From Macrostomum lignano (taxonomy: Eukaryota), in the NCBI GenBank assembly GCA_002269645.1, contig NIVC01003819.1, forward strand, positions 1 through 64,000: a stretch of DNA of 64,000 bases, read 5' to 3'. This document shows positions 22,989-31,789 of the stretch, one piece after another; the first letter of the stretch is position 1; each line of letters opens with the position of its first letter. The notes beneath the pieces are model-generated. The model was not told the DNA's origin. It searched no databases and worked only from the letters and a program-made list of their open reading frames with translations. The position numbers were made by a program, and so were the translations under genes.

Positions 22989-23821
22989 TGTCATGAATGT
23001 GTTATGACAGTGTGCTCTTTGCTAAGTTGCTGCACCGGGCCAGTGGGCCGTCCTCTCCCCCTCCCCCCTCCTTAGATATTTTCTGACTCACTCACCTGCA
23101 CTTCTGCGCGTGCGTACCCCTCCCCTCCCTGCCTAGACCTTTTCTGTTGAGTCAACCCCCCATGCTCTGCGTGCGACCCCCCCCTGTGCGACCCCGCCCC
23201 ATTATTTTGTTAGCTTTGCTGCCCCGCCCCTGTTTGTGATTGGCTGCCAGTCCCAGTCTGCCGTGCTGCGCCCCGGCGATTGGCTGGTACAGCTCATGCG
23301 TTGCCTTGGCTGATGTCTAAGCCCCCTTTTCTGCCTTTATCCCGCGCCCTCGACCCCCAGTTTGCTGCCTATTTATTCGGCCCCCCTGAGACCCCATTCT
23401 CGTCGTCTTTGTGGCTCCTCGGCGATTGTGCCAGCGTTGGTTGCTGAATTACTATTCCTCGCAGAATTGCTAGACAAATATATAAGTAAAGAATATCGAG
23501 ATCACCACTGCTCTGACGGCGCTGTTTCTTGTACGACTGAAATCGCGGCTGGTAAGCCTTCCAATTTGCACGTCATTTGGGTCTGCATCTGTACTAGGCA
23601 CCTTAGAGGGATTAACTGCGTCGTACGCCGGTCCCACCCCAAGCAGCTCTGCGTCGTACGCGAGTCTGTAGGCTGTCGTGCGTCGTACGCTCGAGCAGCC
23701 TAGTCCCGACGGACACCGCGTCGTACGCGTGTCAGTGGAGGACCGCAGCCAGGGTCAGTACACGAACCCGGGTCTGGGAAAGGGGCACGAAAGGACCGAG
23801 CCCTTGAGCCCCATCATCACA
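22989..23821 (+). repeat. 5' LTR
   Basis: Starts TGTCATGAAT, ends CATCATCACA. By eye it differs from the 3' LTR only in C-run lengths and about one substitution. Contains GC boxes and ATTGG boxes. Confidence 0.95.
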
Positions 23822-23824
23822 AAT

Positions 23825-23842
23825 TGGCATCCTTGGTGGGAC
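23825..23842 (+). other. Primer binding site (tRNA-Arg-like)
   Basis: TGGCATCCTTGGTGGGAC lies 3 nt after the LTR and is complementary to a CCA tRNA end; the Arg assignment is from memory of tRNA-Arg 3' ends. Confidence 0.7.
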
Positions 23843-23929
23843 CCTGCGCTGTGGAAGACTAAGTAAGGAAGAAAGCTCGAGGCGCGGAATATTGTGAGAA
23901 ATTAAGGTTGGAAACTGTGACGCCGTGGT

Positions 23930-25078
23930 ATGGATGCTGGAGGTGCTGCTGGAGGTGCTGCTGGAGGTGCGGCTGGAGGTGCGGCTGGAGGTGCTGCGGG
24001 AGGTGCTGCCGGAGGTGCGGCTGGAGGTGCGGCTGGAGGTGCGGCTGGAGGTGCGGCTGGAGGTGCGGCTGGAGGTGCGGCTGGAGGTGCGGCTGGAGGT
24101 GCTGCTGGAGCCTTTGGTGTTAATGATCTGGTCGCCGCCTTGACTGCTCAGATTCAGCAGAACATGCAGCAAGCGGGTGCCCTCAGGATTCAGAGGCCGG
24201 TGAAGTATGCTCCAGGAATGAATTTCGTGAAGTGGTTGAGGCTCTTCGTAGCTTATTGCGATGCCATGCAGATTCCGATGCAGAATCGGCGCGCTCAGTT
24301 GCTCAGCAACCTAGACTTTAGCACCTTCCAAGTTGTTGACAACATGAACCTTGATGACGACCTGCAGTTCGAAGAATTTACCCAGGCCTTGAGGGATAGG
24401 TTCACTATGCACCGTACCGTCGTCGACTACCGCACAGAACTGAGCAATAGAGAGCAGAGCGAGAAGGAGTCGGTAGAAGATTTCTCTGAAGCTGTGATTG
24501 AGTTGGTCGCAAACGCCTTTCCTGATGCGCCTGCCGATGTGCGCGATGATCTTGCGAAAGAGCGATTTATGCGAGGCGTCCGTGCGGGGGTGGCTGTGCG
24601 GGAGCGACTGTACATGAGCCAGCCGGAGACGTTAGCGGACGCAATGCGTCTGGTGCATCAGCTGGAAGCGGCGGTTAGGGCAAGTCATGGTCCACCAGGT
24701 CAGGTATCGAAAAGAACCGTTTGTGCTGTTACGACCGAGACCAGAAAGGAGGCTTCCGAAAGCAGTGAGGTCGAGATGCTTCGAAAACAGCTGGCGGCCA
24801 TGGAGATGCGAATGAAAGAGATGGAGGAGCGGAGGTCTGAAGAAGCGGCAGAGCCGACCCCGGCGAGTCGGAAGGCTGTGCAGTGTTTTTCGTGTCGAGA
24901 GTGGGGCCATATCTCATCAAAGTGTCCGAAGAAGACCAGTCAGAAGAGTGAAAACGGGAAATCGCCAGTACGATGTCACAAGTGCAACGGTGAAGGCCAC
25001 CTATCCTTCAAGTGTCCGAAGTCGGGAAACGGGCCGAGGGGACCGACCGGGGAGAGTCGGGACCCTGCCAGGAAATGA
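23930..25078 (+). CDS. gag: Gag: Gly/Ala-repeat N-terminus, capsid-like domain, two CCHC knuckles
   Basis: CFSCREWGHISSKC and CHKCNGEGHLSFKC; retrotransposon-gag-like QSEKESVEDF. Confidence 0.9.
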   Translation: MDAGGAAGGAAGGAAGGAAGGAAGGAAGGAAGGAAGGAAGGAAGGAAGGAAGGAAGGAAGAFGVNDLVAALTAQIQQNMQQAGALRIQRPVKYAPGMNFVKWLRLFVAYCDAMQIPMQNRRAQLLSNLDFSTFQVVDNMNLDDDLQFEEFTQALRDRFTMHRTVVDYRTELSNREQSEKESVEDFSEAVIELVANAFPDAPADVRDDLAKERFMRGVRAGVAVRERLYMSQPETLADAMRLVHQLEAAVRASHGPPGQVSKRTVCAVTTETRKEASESSEVEMLRKQLAAMEMRMKEMEERRSEEAAEPTPASRKAVQCFSCREWGHISSKCPKKTSQKSENGKSPVRCHKCNGEGHLSFKCPKSGNGPRGPTGESRDPARK

Positions 25079-28000
25079 AGTCTCCCAGGAGCGAGGAACC
25101 GGGGTTGGTCACTAACTCTGTAAATAAATCCAAGTGCGTCTCTGGTGATGGGAATTCAAAGAGCAACCTGGTTCAAGAGGGGGGTTCGTCGGTATCAACG
25201 GAGCCCTTGACAGTTTTTATTTCCGGTGCGGTTTCCGGCAAGCCAGTGGCTCTGCTGTTAGACAGTGGTGCGAGTGTGTCAGTGCTGAGCTGTGATGTTT
25301 TCCTGAGGCTGCCGCAAGAAGTGAGAGAGAGACTGACGATGATGGACGGGGCCCTTTCAACGGCCAATGGAGGTGCGATGAGGATGAGAGGCTGTATTGT
25401 GCTGGACGTGGAGATTGGCGGCGAGCGGTGGTCAGCGAATTTCTTTGTAGTGGACGGATTGCGCTATGACGTCATTCTCGGGTCCGAATTTTTCAAACAG
25501 CATCGTTGCGTCATCAACTATTCAGAATTTGTCTTTCGAGTGGGCGATGTTAGAGTTCCGATACGGCAGAAAGGCGAGCTGCCCGTGGTGTGTCGAATCA
25601 AAGCCGAGACAACGGTATTCCTGGAACCGGCGCAAGAAGTGATCATGCCAGCCAGGGTAGAGAAAAAGGGCGCAAGAAACTGCGGATCTGTCGGCATAAC
25701 GGAAGAAAAGTCAGTGAAGGCCTCTGAGAAGGATTTGGCGCTGGCTCGAGCTCTGGTAGCGCCCGGCGTGGATGGACGGCTGCCGATGAGATTGCTGAAT
25801 ACGTCCAGTTGTAGGAAGAGGGTCAAGAAAGGAGAGACGATTGGCTGGTTTATTCCTTTGGAACCGAACGGAGGTATCAACGTGGTGCGCTTGGACGACG
25901 ACGTAGAGGCCAAGAATGAAGCGGAGGCATGGGACCCGATCGAAGAATTCCGCGAGTGGGGTTCGTGTGGCCTGTCGGAGGAGGAGGAAGCCGACTTCAG
26001 GGAGCTGATTTCCCAACATCGGGCTGTCTTTGCTAAGGACTCCAAGGATCTCGGCTGTACGACCGTGATGAAGCACGAGATCGACACTGGAGATGCCAGG
26101 CCTGTGAAGGAAGCGGCGAGGCGGATTCCCCCGTACCTGCGGCAGGAAGTGGACAAGGAGTTGGATGACTTGCTGGAAGCTGGGAGAATCAGCGAGGTCC
26201 AGTCCCCATGGTGCTCTCCGGTGGTGTGCGTGAAAAAGAAGGACGGTTCCCTGAGGTTCTGTTGTGACTACCGGAAACTGAATGAAGTGACCAAGAAGGA
26301 TGCAGTACCGTTGCCCAGGACAGATGACCTGTTGGAGAGTCTAGGCGGTGCCAAGATTTTTTCGACCATGGACATGCAGTCGGGATACTGGCAGATGGCG
26401 GTGGAACCCAGCGACAGACTGAAGACGGCCTTTGGCGTTTCACACCGGGTACAGCAGTACGCCTGGAACGTTATGCCATTTGGATTGACAAATGCACCGG
26501 CTTCATTCAGCCGGCTAATGAATGTGGTGTTGGGGAAGTTGTGCTGGAAGACGTGTTTGGTGTATCTGGACGACCTGCTAGTGTGGTCACGAACGGTAGA
26601 AGAGCACCTGGAACGGTTGCAAACGGTTTTTCGACGGTTGCGAGCAGCGAACATCAAACTGAAGCCGAAGAAGTGCGCATTCCTGCTGAAGTCAGTGACC
26701 TTCCTGGGACACGTAGTGTCAGCTGATGGGATCGCCACGAGTCCAGAAAAGATTGCCGAAATTCGTGACTGGCCAACTCCGAGGAATGTGAAGGAAGTAA
26801 GGTCATTCCTGGGACTGTGCGGGTATTACCGGCAATTCATCGCAGATTTTTCCCGCATTGCTGAGCCGATGCTGCGACGGACCCGAAATGATTGCCCGTG
26901 GAGCTGGGATGAGGAGTGTCAAGCCGCATTCGAGGCCCTGAAGGAAAGGTTGCAGGGATCTGAGGTCATGGCGTTTCCAAACTTTGCGGAGGACGCTGGA
27001 GAATTCGTTTTAGACACAGACGGTAGCACAAAAGAAGGAATTGGCGCTGTGCTTTCGCAGGTGCAGAAAGATGGGAGTGAGAAGGTAATAGCTTACGGAA
27101 GCAGGACGTTGTCGCGAGAAGAACGGAATTACTGCACGACACGAGTCGAGTTGCTGGCCGTGGTGTTTTTCGTACAGAAGTTTCGTTATTACCTGATGGG
27201 GCGAGAGTTTCTAGTGCGCACCGATCACAGCAGCTTGAAGTGGCTGCATTCGCTGCGGGACGTAGAAGGACAACTGGCCAGATGGCTGGAACTCTTGGCT
27301 CCGTACAGGTATCGCATCGAACATCGTCCGGGAGTGAAACATCAACACGCGGACGCTCTCTCCAGGAAGCCACGTCGGCGCCATCAAGGAAGCGAGAGTT
27401 GTCCTGGATGTGCACAAGAGCAGATCGGCGTGAACGCGTTGGGATTGCAGAAGTGGACCTCGGAGGAGATCAGAGAGAGCCAGAAGATGGACAGCGACAT
27501 TCGTCAGGCGATGGAGCTGCTGGCTCACAGCGACGGAGAGATAACCGAAGAGCATTTGCGGCGCATATCACCGACGGCAAGGAGGATTGTCGAAAGACGT
27601 CGTGACCTTGAGGTGTCGGACAGTGAGGTGTTGCTGTGTCATACGGCCAGTAGACGTCAGCCGCAAGTGGTGTTGCCACGGAATATGCTGAGAGCGGTGC
27701 TGGAAGAAGCTCATGGTGGACGGAGTGGAGGGCACGTTGGGATTTTCAAGACCAAGGAGAAGGTGCGGCAATCGTTTTGGTGGCCGGGACTTGGCCGCGA
27801 GGTCGAAGAGCACGTAAAAGCCTGTTTGGACTGCACCAAGGCCAAAGCTGGCAAGAAACCAATTGCACCGATGGAGCCGATTCCGAGTTCAAGCCCATTC
27901 GATATCGTGATGACGGACGTCATCGGGCCGCTGCCACGGAGCAAGAAAGGAAACTTCTACATCCTCACGGTGCAAGATGCGTTCTCAAAGTGGCCTGACG

Positions 28001-28962
28001 CTTATGCCATCCGGAACCAGAAGTCGGCAACGATCGCAAGGGTGCTATTCGAACGCTGGATTGCCAATCACGGGTGCCCCCGGGTACTTCACTCAGACCA
28101 AGGAAGGAACTTTGAGTCGGGGATCGTCAGGAAGCTGTGCGAGCTGTTGGGTGTGAAGAAGACCAGGACGAGCGCCTACCACCCGAGTGGCAACGGACAG
28201 GTGGAACGATTTAACGGGTTCCTGAAGAGCAGTTTGCGCACGTATCTGGTACAGAAGGGTCAGAACGCCTGGGAGGAGTACCTGCCAAGTGCCTTGATGG
28301 CTTATCGATCGACGGTCCAGGCGTCCACCGGTTACACGCCCTACTACATGCTGCATGGTCAGGAGATGCCGCTGGGATTCGAACCAGAGGACCTTAGGCG
28401 AAAGACGGACAGCTATCCCTTGTTTGTGCAAGAGATCCAGCAGAACCTGCTTCATGCCCATGAACGCATTCGAGAAGGACGCGAGACGGTTCAGCGACGG
28501 CAGAAAATGAATTACGATCGGAAAGTAAAGGGCAAAGCGATTCAGAAGGGCGACTCTGTCTTGTTGTACTATCCGTGCTTGGAGATGGGAGAGAAAAGCA
28601 AGTTCCATATCAACTGGCGCGGCCCAGTGAAGGTCCTGGAGAAGCTGTCAGATGCGTTGTACCGAGTGCAGGATCCGACACAGCCGCAGAAGACCAAGGT
28701 GGTGCACTTCAACAATCTCCGGCCGGTTCAGGTTCAGACGGAGGCGGCAGACGGTCAAGAGACTAGAGAGGAAATTGGGAGGGCCAGTTCGGGAAAAACC
28801 AGGCCGCGACGTGATAATTCCACTGCTGGACGAAGCCGAAGGCAGAGAGTGCAACGGGGCGAGACCCAGAGGTGGACCGCAGCGACTCTGTCTTGCTGTA
28901 CTATCCGTGCTTGGAGATGGGAGAGAAAAGCAAGTTCCATATCAACTGGCGCGGCCCAGTGA
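25012..28962 (+). CDS. pol: Pol polyprotein (protease, RT, RNase H, integrase), -1 frame to gag; native C-tail displaced
   Basis: LLDSGAS protease; WCSP, MPFGL and YLDD RT motifs; RNase H; HHCC zinc finger; DDE core; GPY/F-like WRGPV. Confidence 0.95.
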   Translation: MSEVGKRAEGTDRGESGPCQEMKSPRSEEPGLVTNSVNKSKCVSGDGNSKSNLVQEGGSSVSTEPLTVFISGAVSGKPVALLLDSGASVSVLSCDVFLRLPQEVRERLTMMDGALSTANGGAMRMRGCIVLDVEIGGERWSANFFVVDGLRYDVILGSEFFKQHRCVINYSEFVFRVGDVRVPIRQKGELPVVCRIKAETTVFLEPAQEVIMPARVEKKGARNCGSVGITEEKSVKASEKDLALARALVAPGVDGRLPMRLLNTSSCRKRVKKGETIGWFIPLEPNGGINVVRLDDDVEAKNEAEAWDPIEEFREWGSCGLSEEEEADFRELISQHRAVFAKDSKDLGCTTVMKHEIDTGDARPVKEAARRIPPYLRQEVDKELDDLLEAGRISEVQSPWCSPVVCVKKKDGSLRFCCDYRKLNEVTKKDAVPLPRTDDLLESLGGAKIFSTMDMQSGYWQMAVEPSDRLKTAFGVSHRVQQYAWNVMPFGLTNAPASFSRLMNVVLGKLCWKTCLVYLDDLLVWSRTVEEHLERLQTVFRRLRAANIKLKPKKCAFLLKSVTFLGHVVSADGIATSPEKIAEIRDWPTPRNVKEVRSFLGLCGYYRQFIADFSRIAEPMLRRTRNDCPWSWDEECQAAFEALKERLQGSEVMAFPNFAEDAGEFVLDTDGSTKEGIGAVLSQVQKDGSEKVIAYGSRTLSREERNYCTTRVELLAVVFFVQKFRYYLMGREFLVRTDHSSLKWLHSLRDVEGQLARWLELLAPYRYRIEHRPGVKHQHADALSRKPRRRHQGSESCPGCAQEQIGVNALGLQKWTSEEIRESQKMDSDIRQAMELLAHSDGEITEEHLRRISPTARRIVERRRDLEVSDSEVLLCHTASRRQPQVVLPRNMLRAVLEEAHGGRSGGHVGIFKTKEKVRQSFWWPGLGREVEEHVKACLDCTKAKAGKKPIAPMEPIPSSSPFDIVMTDVIGPLPRSKKGNFYILTVQDAFSKWPDAYAIRNQKSATIARVLFERWIANHGCPRVLHSDQGRNFESGIVRKLCELLGVKKTRTSAYHPSGNGQVERFNGFLKSSLRTYLVQKGQNAWEEYLPSALMAYRSTVQASTGYTPYYMLHGQEMPLGFEPEDLRRKTDSYPLFVQEIQQNLLHAHERIREGRETVQRRQKMNYDRKVKGKAIQKGDSVLLYYPCLEMGEKSKFHINWRGPVKVLEKLSDALYRVQDPTQPQKTKVVHFNNLRPVQVQTEAADGQETREEIGRASSGKTRPRRDNSTAGRSRRQRVQRGETQRWTAATLSCCTIRAWRWERKASSISTGAAQ
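25024..25086 (+). promoter_or_regulatory. -1 ribosomal frameshift signal (G GGA AAC + H-type pseudoknot)
   Basis: Slippery heptamer in the gag frame, 7-nt spacer, stem CCGAC/GTCGG extended by GGG/CCC, and loop GGGAGA pairing with TCTCCC at 25081. Confidence 0.7.
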
Positions 28963-29213
28963 AGGTCCTGGAGAAGCTGTCAGATGCGTTGTACCGAGTG
29001 CAGGATCCGACACAGCCGCAGAAGACCAAGGTGGTGCACTTCAACAATCTCCGGCCGGTTCAGGTTCAGACGGAGGCGGCAGACGGTCAAGAGACTAGAG
29101 AGGAAATTGGGAGGGCCAGTTCGGGAAAAACCAGGCCGCGACGTGATAATTCCACTGCTGGACGAAGCCGAAGGCAGAGAGTGCAACGGGGCGAGACCCA
29201 GAGGTGGACCGCA
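28550..29213 (+). repeat. 332-bp tandem duplication of the integrase C-terminal region
   Basis: 28550-28881 is repeated at 28882-29213; GCG microhomology at the junction; at least one substitution (TTGTTG vs TTGCTG). Confidence 0.9.
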
Positions 29214-30173
29214 GCGGAGGGCACCCAGGACCAAACCCTGGCGTCGCAGGTCGAACAGCGGGAACACCACCATCACCGACATGTAGACAGCTTGACACGC
29301 TTGGCGACTCCACCGACGAACTCCGTGCCCCGGATACTTGCGACCGTCTCGCTCCAAGTAGCCCAGGATTTGCAGCATCAACTCCGGACCGAATTCCTTG
29401 AAATCCACCAAGGCAGTGGCGCACTTCCCCTTCAGGGCTAGCAGCACCTCAAAGATGCCCCACGGGTCGCCCTTCCGCATTGCCTGGTGCAGTTTCTTCC
29501 GACTGGGTCCTACGTTCTCCAGTTCCGCGACGGTCACTGGTCGGCACGGTCTTGTCTGAAGCCGGTACGCTCTCTGCAGATATTCTTCAATCAGGTTTCT
29601 ACATCCGGCACAATCTTCCTCCGCTTCCCATGACGTCTCAAGCTCCTCTACACCGGCCCACTGCAGCAGATACTCCGCTCCTCGCTCCGTGACTCGTACT
29701 CCTAAGACCTTCTCGACCTCGTACTCCTCCGGCAGTGTCTCACTCGCCTCGTTCATCTCTTCGTCCTGCTCATCGTCTGAGGCCTCCTCACTTGCCTCCA
29801 TCTTGACGTGCTCCTCATCCCTCCTCGCCTGTTCTCTCTCGTACGCCTCCTCAGCTAATCGGTCGCTCTCTTGTAGTCTTTCTATCTCTTCTCGGAGATC
29901 GTCGGGCATGTCTTCATCCTCTAACATCCCTTCTGCGAGCCGAAGCATCTCATCCCGGTCACGAACAGCATTTCCAAAGATATCGTACAGCTTTCTAAGG
30001 AACGGACACGACAGTATTCGGTACGCCTCTTCGCACTCCTGGAATCTCTTCCGCGTCTCCTCTGTTGCGCTCTTGTCAGGGTGCAGTTCGCGTGCTCGAC
30101 CGTAGAACGCTTTCCGAATCTGTGCCGCAGACGCCCACAGCTGCACTCCAAGACACTCGTAGAGGTCCGCCAT
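28980..30173 (-). CDS. Retrotransposon ORF3: DnaJ J-domain + acidic linker + chromodomain + helical C-terminal domain (inverted copy)
   Basis: DLYECLGV...IRKAFYGRARELHPDK...F...EAYRILS...R.LYD is a J-domain with intact HPD. EEYEVEKVLG...EYLLQWAG...TSWEAEED is a chromodomain. The last ~77 aa are read-through into antisense pol. Confidence 0.85.
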   Translation of the reverse strand: MADLYECLGVQLWASAAQIRKAFYGRARELHPDKSATEETRKRFQECEEAYRILSCPFLRKLYDIFGNAVRDRDEMLRLAEGMLEDEDMPDDLREEIERLQESDRLAEEAYEREQARRDEEHVKMEASEEASDDEQDEEMNEASETLPEEYEVEKVLGVRVTERGAEYLLQWAGVEELETSWEAEEDCAGCRNLIEEYLQRAYRLQTRPCRPVTVAELENVGPSRKKLHQAMRKGDPWGIFEVLLALKGKCATALVDFKEFGPELMLQILGYLERDGRKYPGHGVRRWSRQACQAVYMSVMVVFPLFDLRRQGLVLGALRCGPPLGLAPLHSLPSASSSSGIITSRPGFSRTGPPNFLSSLLTVCRLRLNLNRPEIVEVHHLGLLRLCRILHSVQRI

Positions 30174-31187
30174 CTGTAACAGTCCGGCCTAACTCCGATG
30201 AGCAATGAGACACGCACGACATGTACCTCCCTTCCCCTTTGGCTATCCAAGCGCCGTACACCGGACCCTTCTTCAGTAGTAGTACACCGGGACCCCAAAC
30301 CGATCTGGCGGTCGCCGCAGACGTCTTGGTCGCCCTGCTTCCTCCTGTGCCGTCCTCACTTCCTGCTCGGGTACGTTGGCGTCGTTCGGCTCTGCCTCAT
30401 CCTCTTCGTCCTGCTCCTCGTCGTACCGCGACTCATCGTCGTGCTCTTCTTCGTCATCGTCTGCTTCTCGACGCTCAGGTCCGGGCTCACAGTCTTCGGC
30501 CGATCTCCGAGAAGAGATAGAAAGACTACAAGAGAGCGACCGATTAGCTGAGGAGGCGTACGAGAGAGAACAGGCGAGGAGGGATGAGGAGCACGTCAAG
30601 ATGGAGGCAAGTGAGGAGGCCTCAGACGATGAGCGGGACGAAGAGATGAACGAGGCGAGTGAGACACTGCCGGAGGAGTACGAGGTCGAGAAGGTCTTAG
30701 GAGTACGAGTTACGGAGCGAGGAGCGGAGTATCTGCTGCAATGGGCCGGTGTAGAGGAGCTTGAGACGTCATGGGAAGCGGAGGAAGATTGTGCCGGATG
30801 TAGAAACCTGATTGAAGAATATCTGCAGAGAGCGTACCGGCTTCAGACCAGACCGTGCCGACCAGTGACCGTCGCGGAACTGGAGAACGTAGGACCCAGT
30901 CGGAAGAAACTGCACCAGGCAATGCGAAAGGGCGACCCGTGGGGCATCTTTGAGGTGCTGCTAGCCCTGAAGGGGAAGTGCGCCACTGCCTCGGTGGATT
31001 TCAAGGAATTCGGTCCGGAGTTGATGCTGCAGATCCTGGGCTACTTGGAGCGAGACGGTCGCAAGTATCCGGGGCACGGAGTTCGTCGGTGGAGTCGCCA
31101 AGCGTGTCAAGCTGTCTACATGTCGGTGATGGTGGTGTTCCCGCTGTTCGACCTGCGACGCCAGGGTTTGGTCCTGGGTGCCCTCCG
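29215..31187. repeat. 687-bp inverted repeat (arms 29215-29901 and 30501-31187) with a 599-bp spacer
   Basis: Arms are reverse complements with about 5 substitutions seen by eye. Confidence 0.9.
30273..30500 (-). pseudogene. Displaced native pol C-terminal tail (acidic, RPRRLRRPPDRFG...YYY-stop)
   Basis: RxxRxRRPPxRF is a common Ty3/gypsy pol terminus; the segment joins in frame to pol at ...ACC GCA GCG|GCC GAA GAC. Confidence 0.7.
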
Positions 31188-31215
31188 TAGGCTGTGGGAT
31201 TCGTGCTCTGACTGA
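30501..31215 (+). pseudogene. Sense copy of the ORF3 3' part (chromodomain + native C-terminus LRRLWDSCSD-stop), lacking the J-domain
   Basis: Same peptide as the 28980..30173 ORF from DLREEIERL onward. Confidence 0.8.
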
Positions 31216-31777
31216 GGCTATGTCTTCCTAGGGACTTTGGGGCTAGGGGCTTGCAGTGCAGACCCAGGGACAGCGGAGCGGAGGTGGACCGGCCTTAACG
31301 GGTGCTGACGGAGCGACACGGCTGTGCAGCAACCGCAGGACTCGACGACCAGCGCAGAGCGACCAGAGCAACCGGCGACAGTAGCGACAGGGAGACGAGG
31401 CACCAGAGCGACGGCCGTACTCGGCGGGATGCAGGGAAGCAGTGCTAGTATTACTTGTGAGAGTAAATGTTTGACGGTTTCATTTTTTTTGTTTTTTTGT
31501 TAACATTTAGCGTTTTTTTCGAACTTCAGCGTTTTTGTTAAAGTAAGTTTTTCCCAAAATTTGCGTTTTGCTTCCCAATGATGCGTACTCACTATCCTAT
31601 GTTGAAGGTTTCTTCGTCATCTTTAAACGGTATAATCACTGCGGTTTTGTTTTTTGCTCGAACTAGTTGCCATGCGAGTCCAAAATATTTTTCAAATGCG
31701 GTTTGTTCCTCTGTTCAATTTTTTTGTTATAGTAGCATCATTTCAATATTCGACTTTTCGAACTCGAACTTTTGTCT

Positions 31778-31789
31778 AGGGGGAGGGAG
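31778..31789 (+). other. Polypurine tract
   Basis: AGGGGGAGGGAG immediately precedes the 3' LTR. Confidence 0.9.

Noticed and set aside
2500-23000. Iron-responsive element hairpins near ACO1 or AGMO
   Set aside because: The CAGTGN hexamers I inspected (e.g. ~2718, ~4517) lack the 5-bp upper stem and C bulge; the search was by eye and not exhaustive.
23362-23703. 113-aa ORF (repeated at 32163..32504)
   Set aside because: It lies wholly within the LTR, starts at a non-ATG codon, has no recognisable domain, and is duplicated only because the LTR is.
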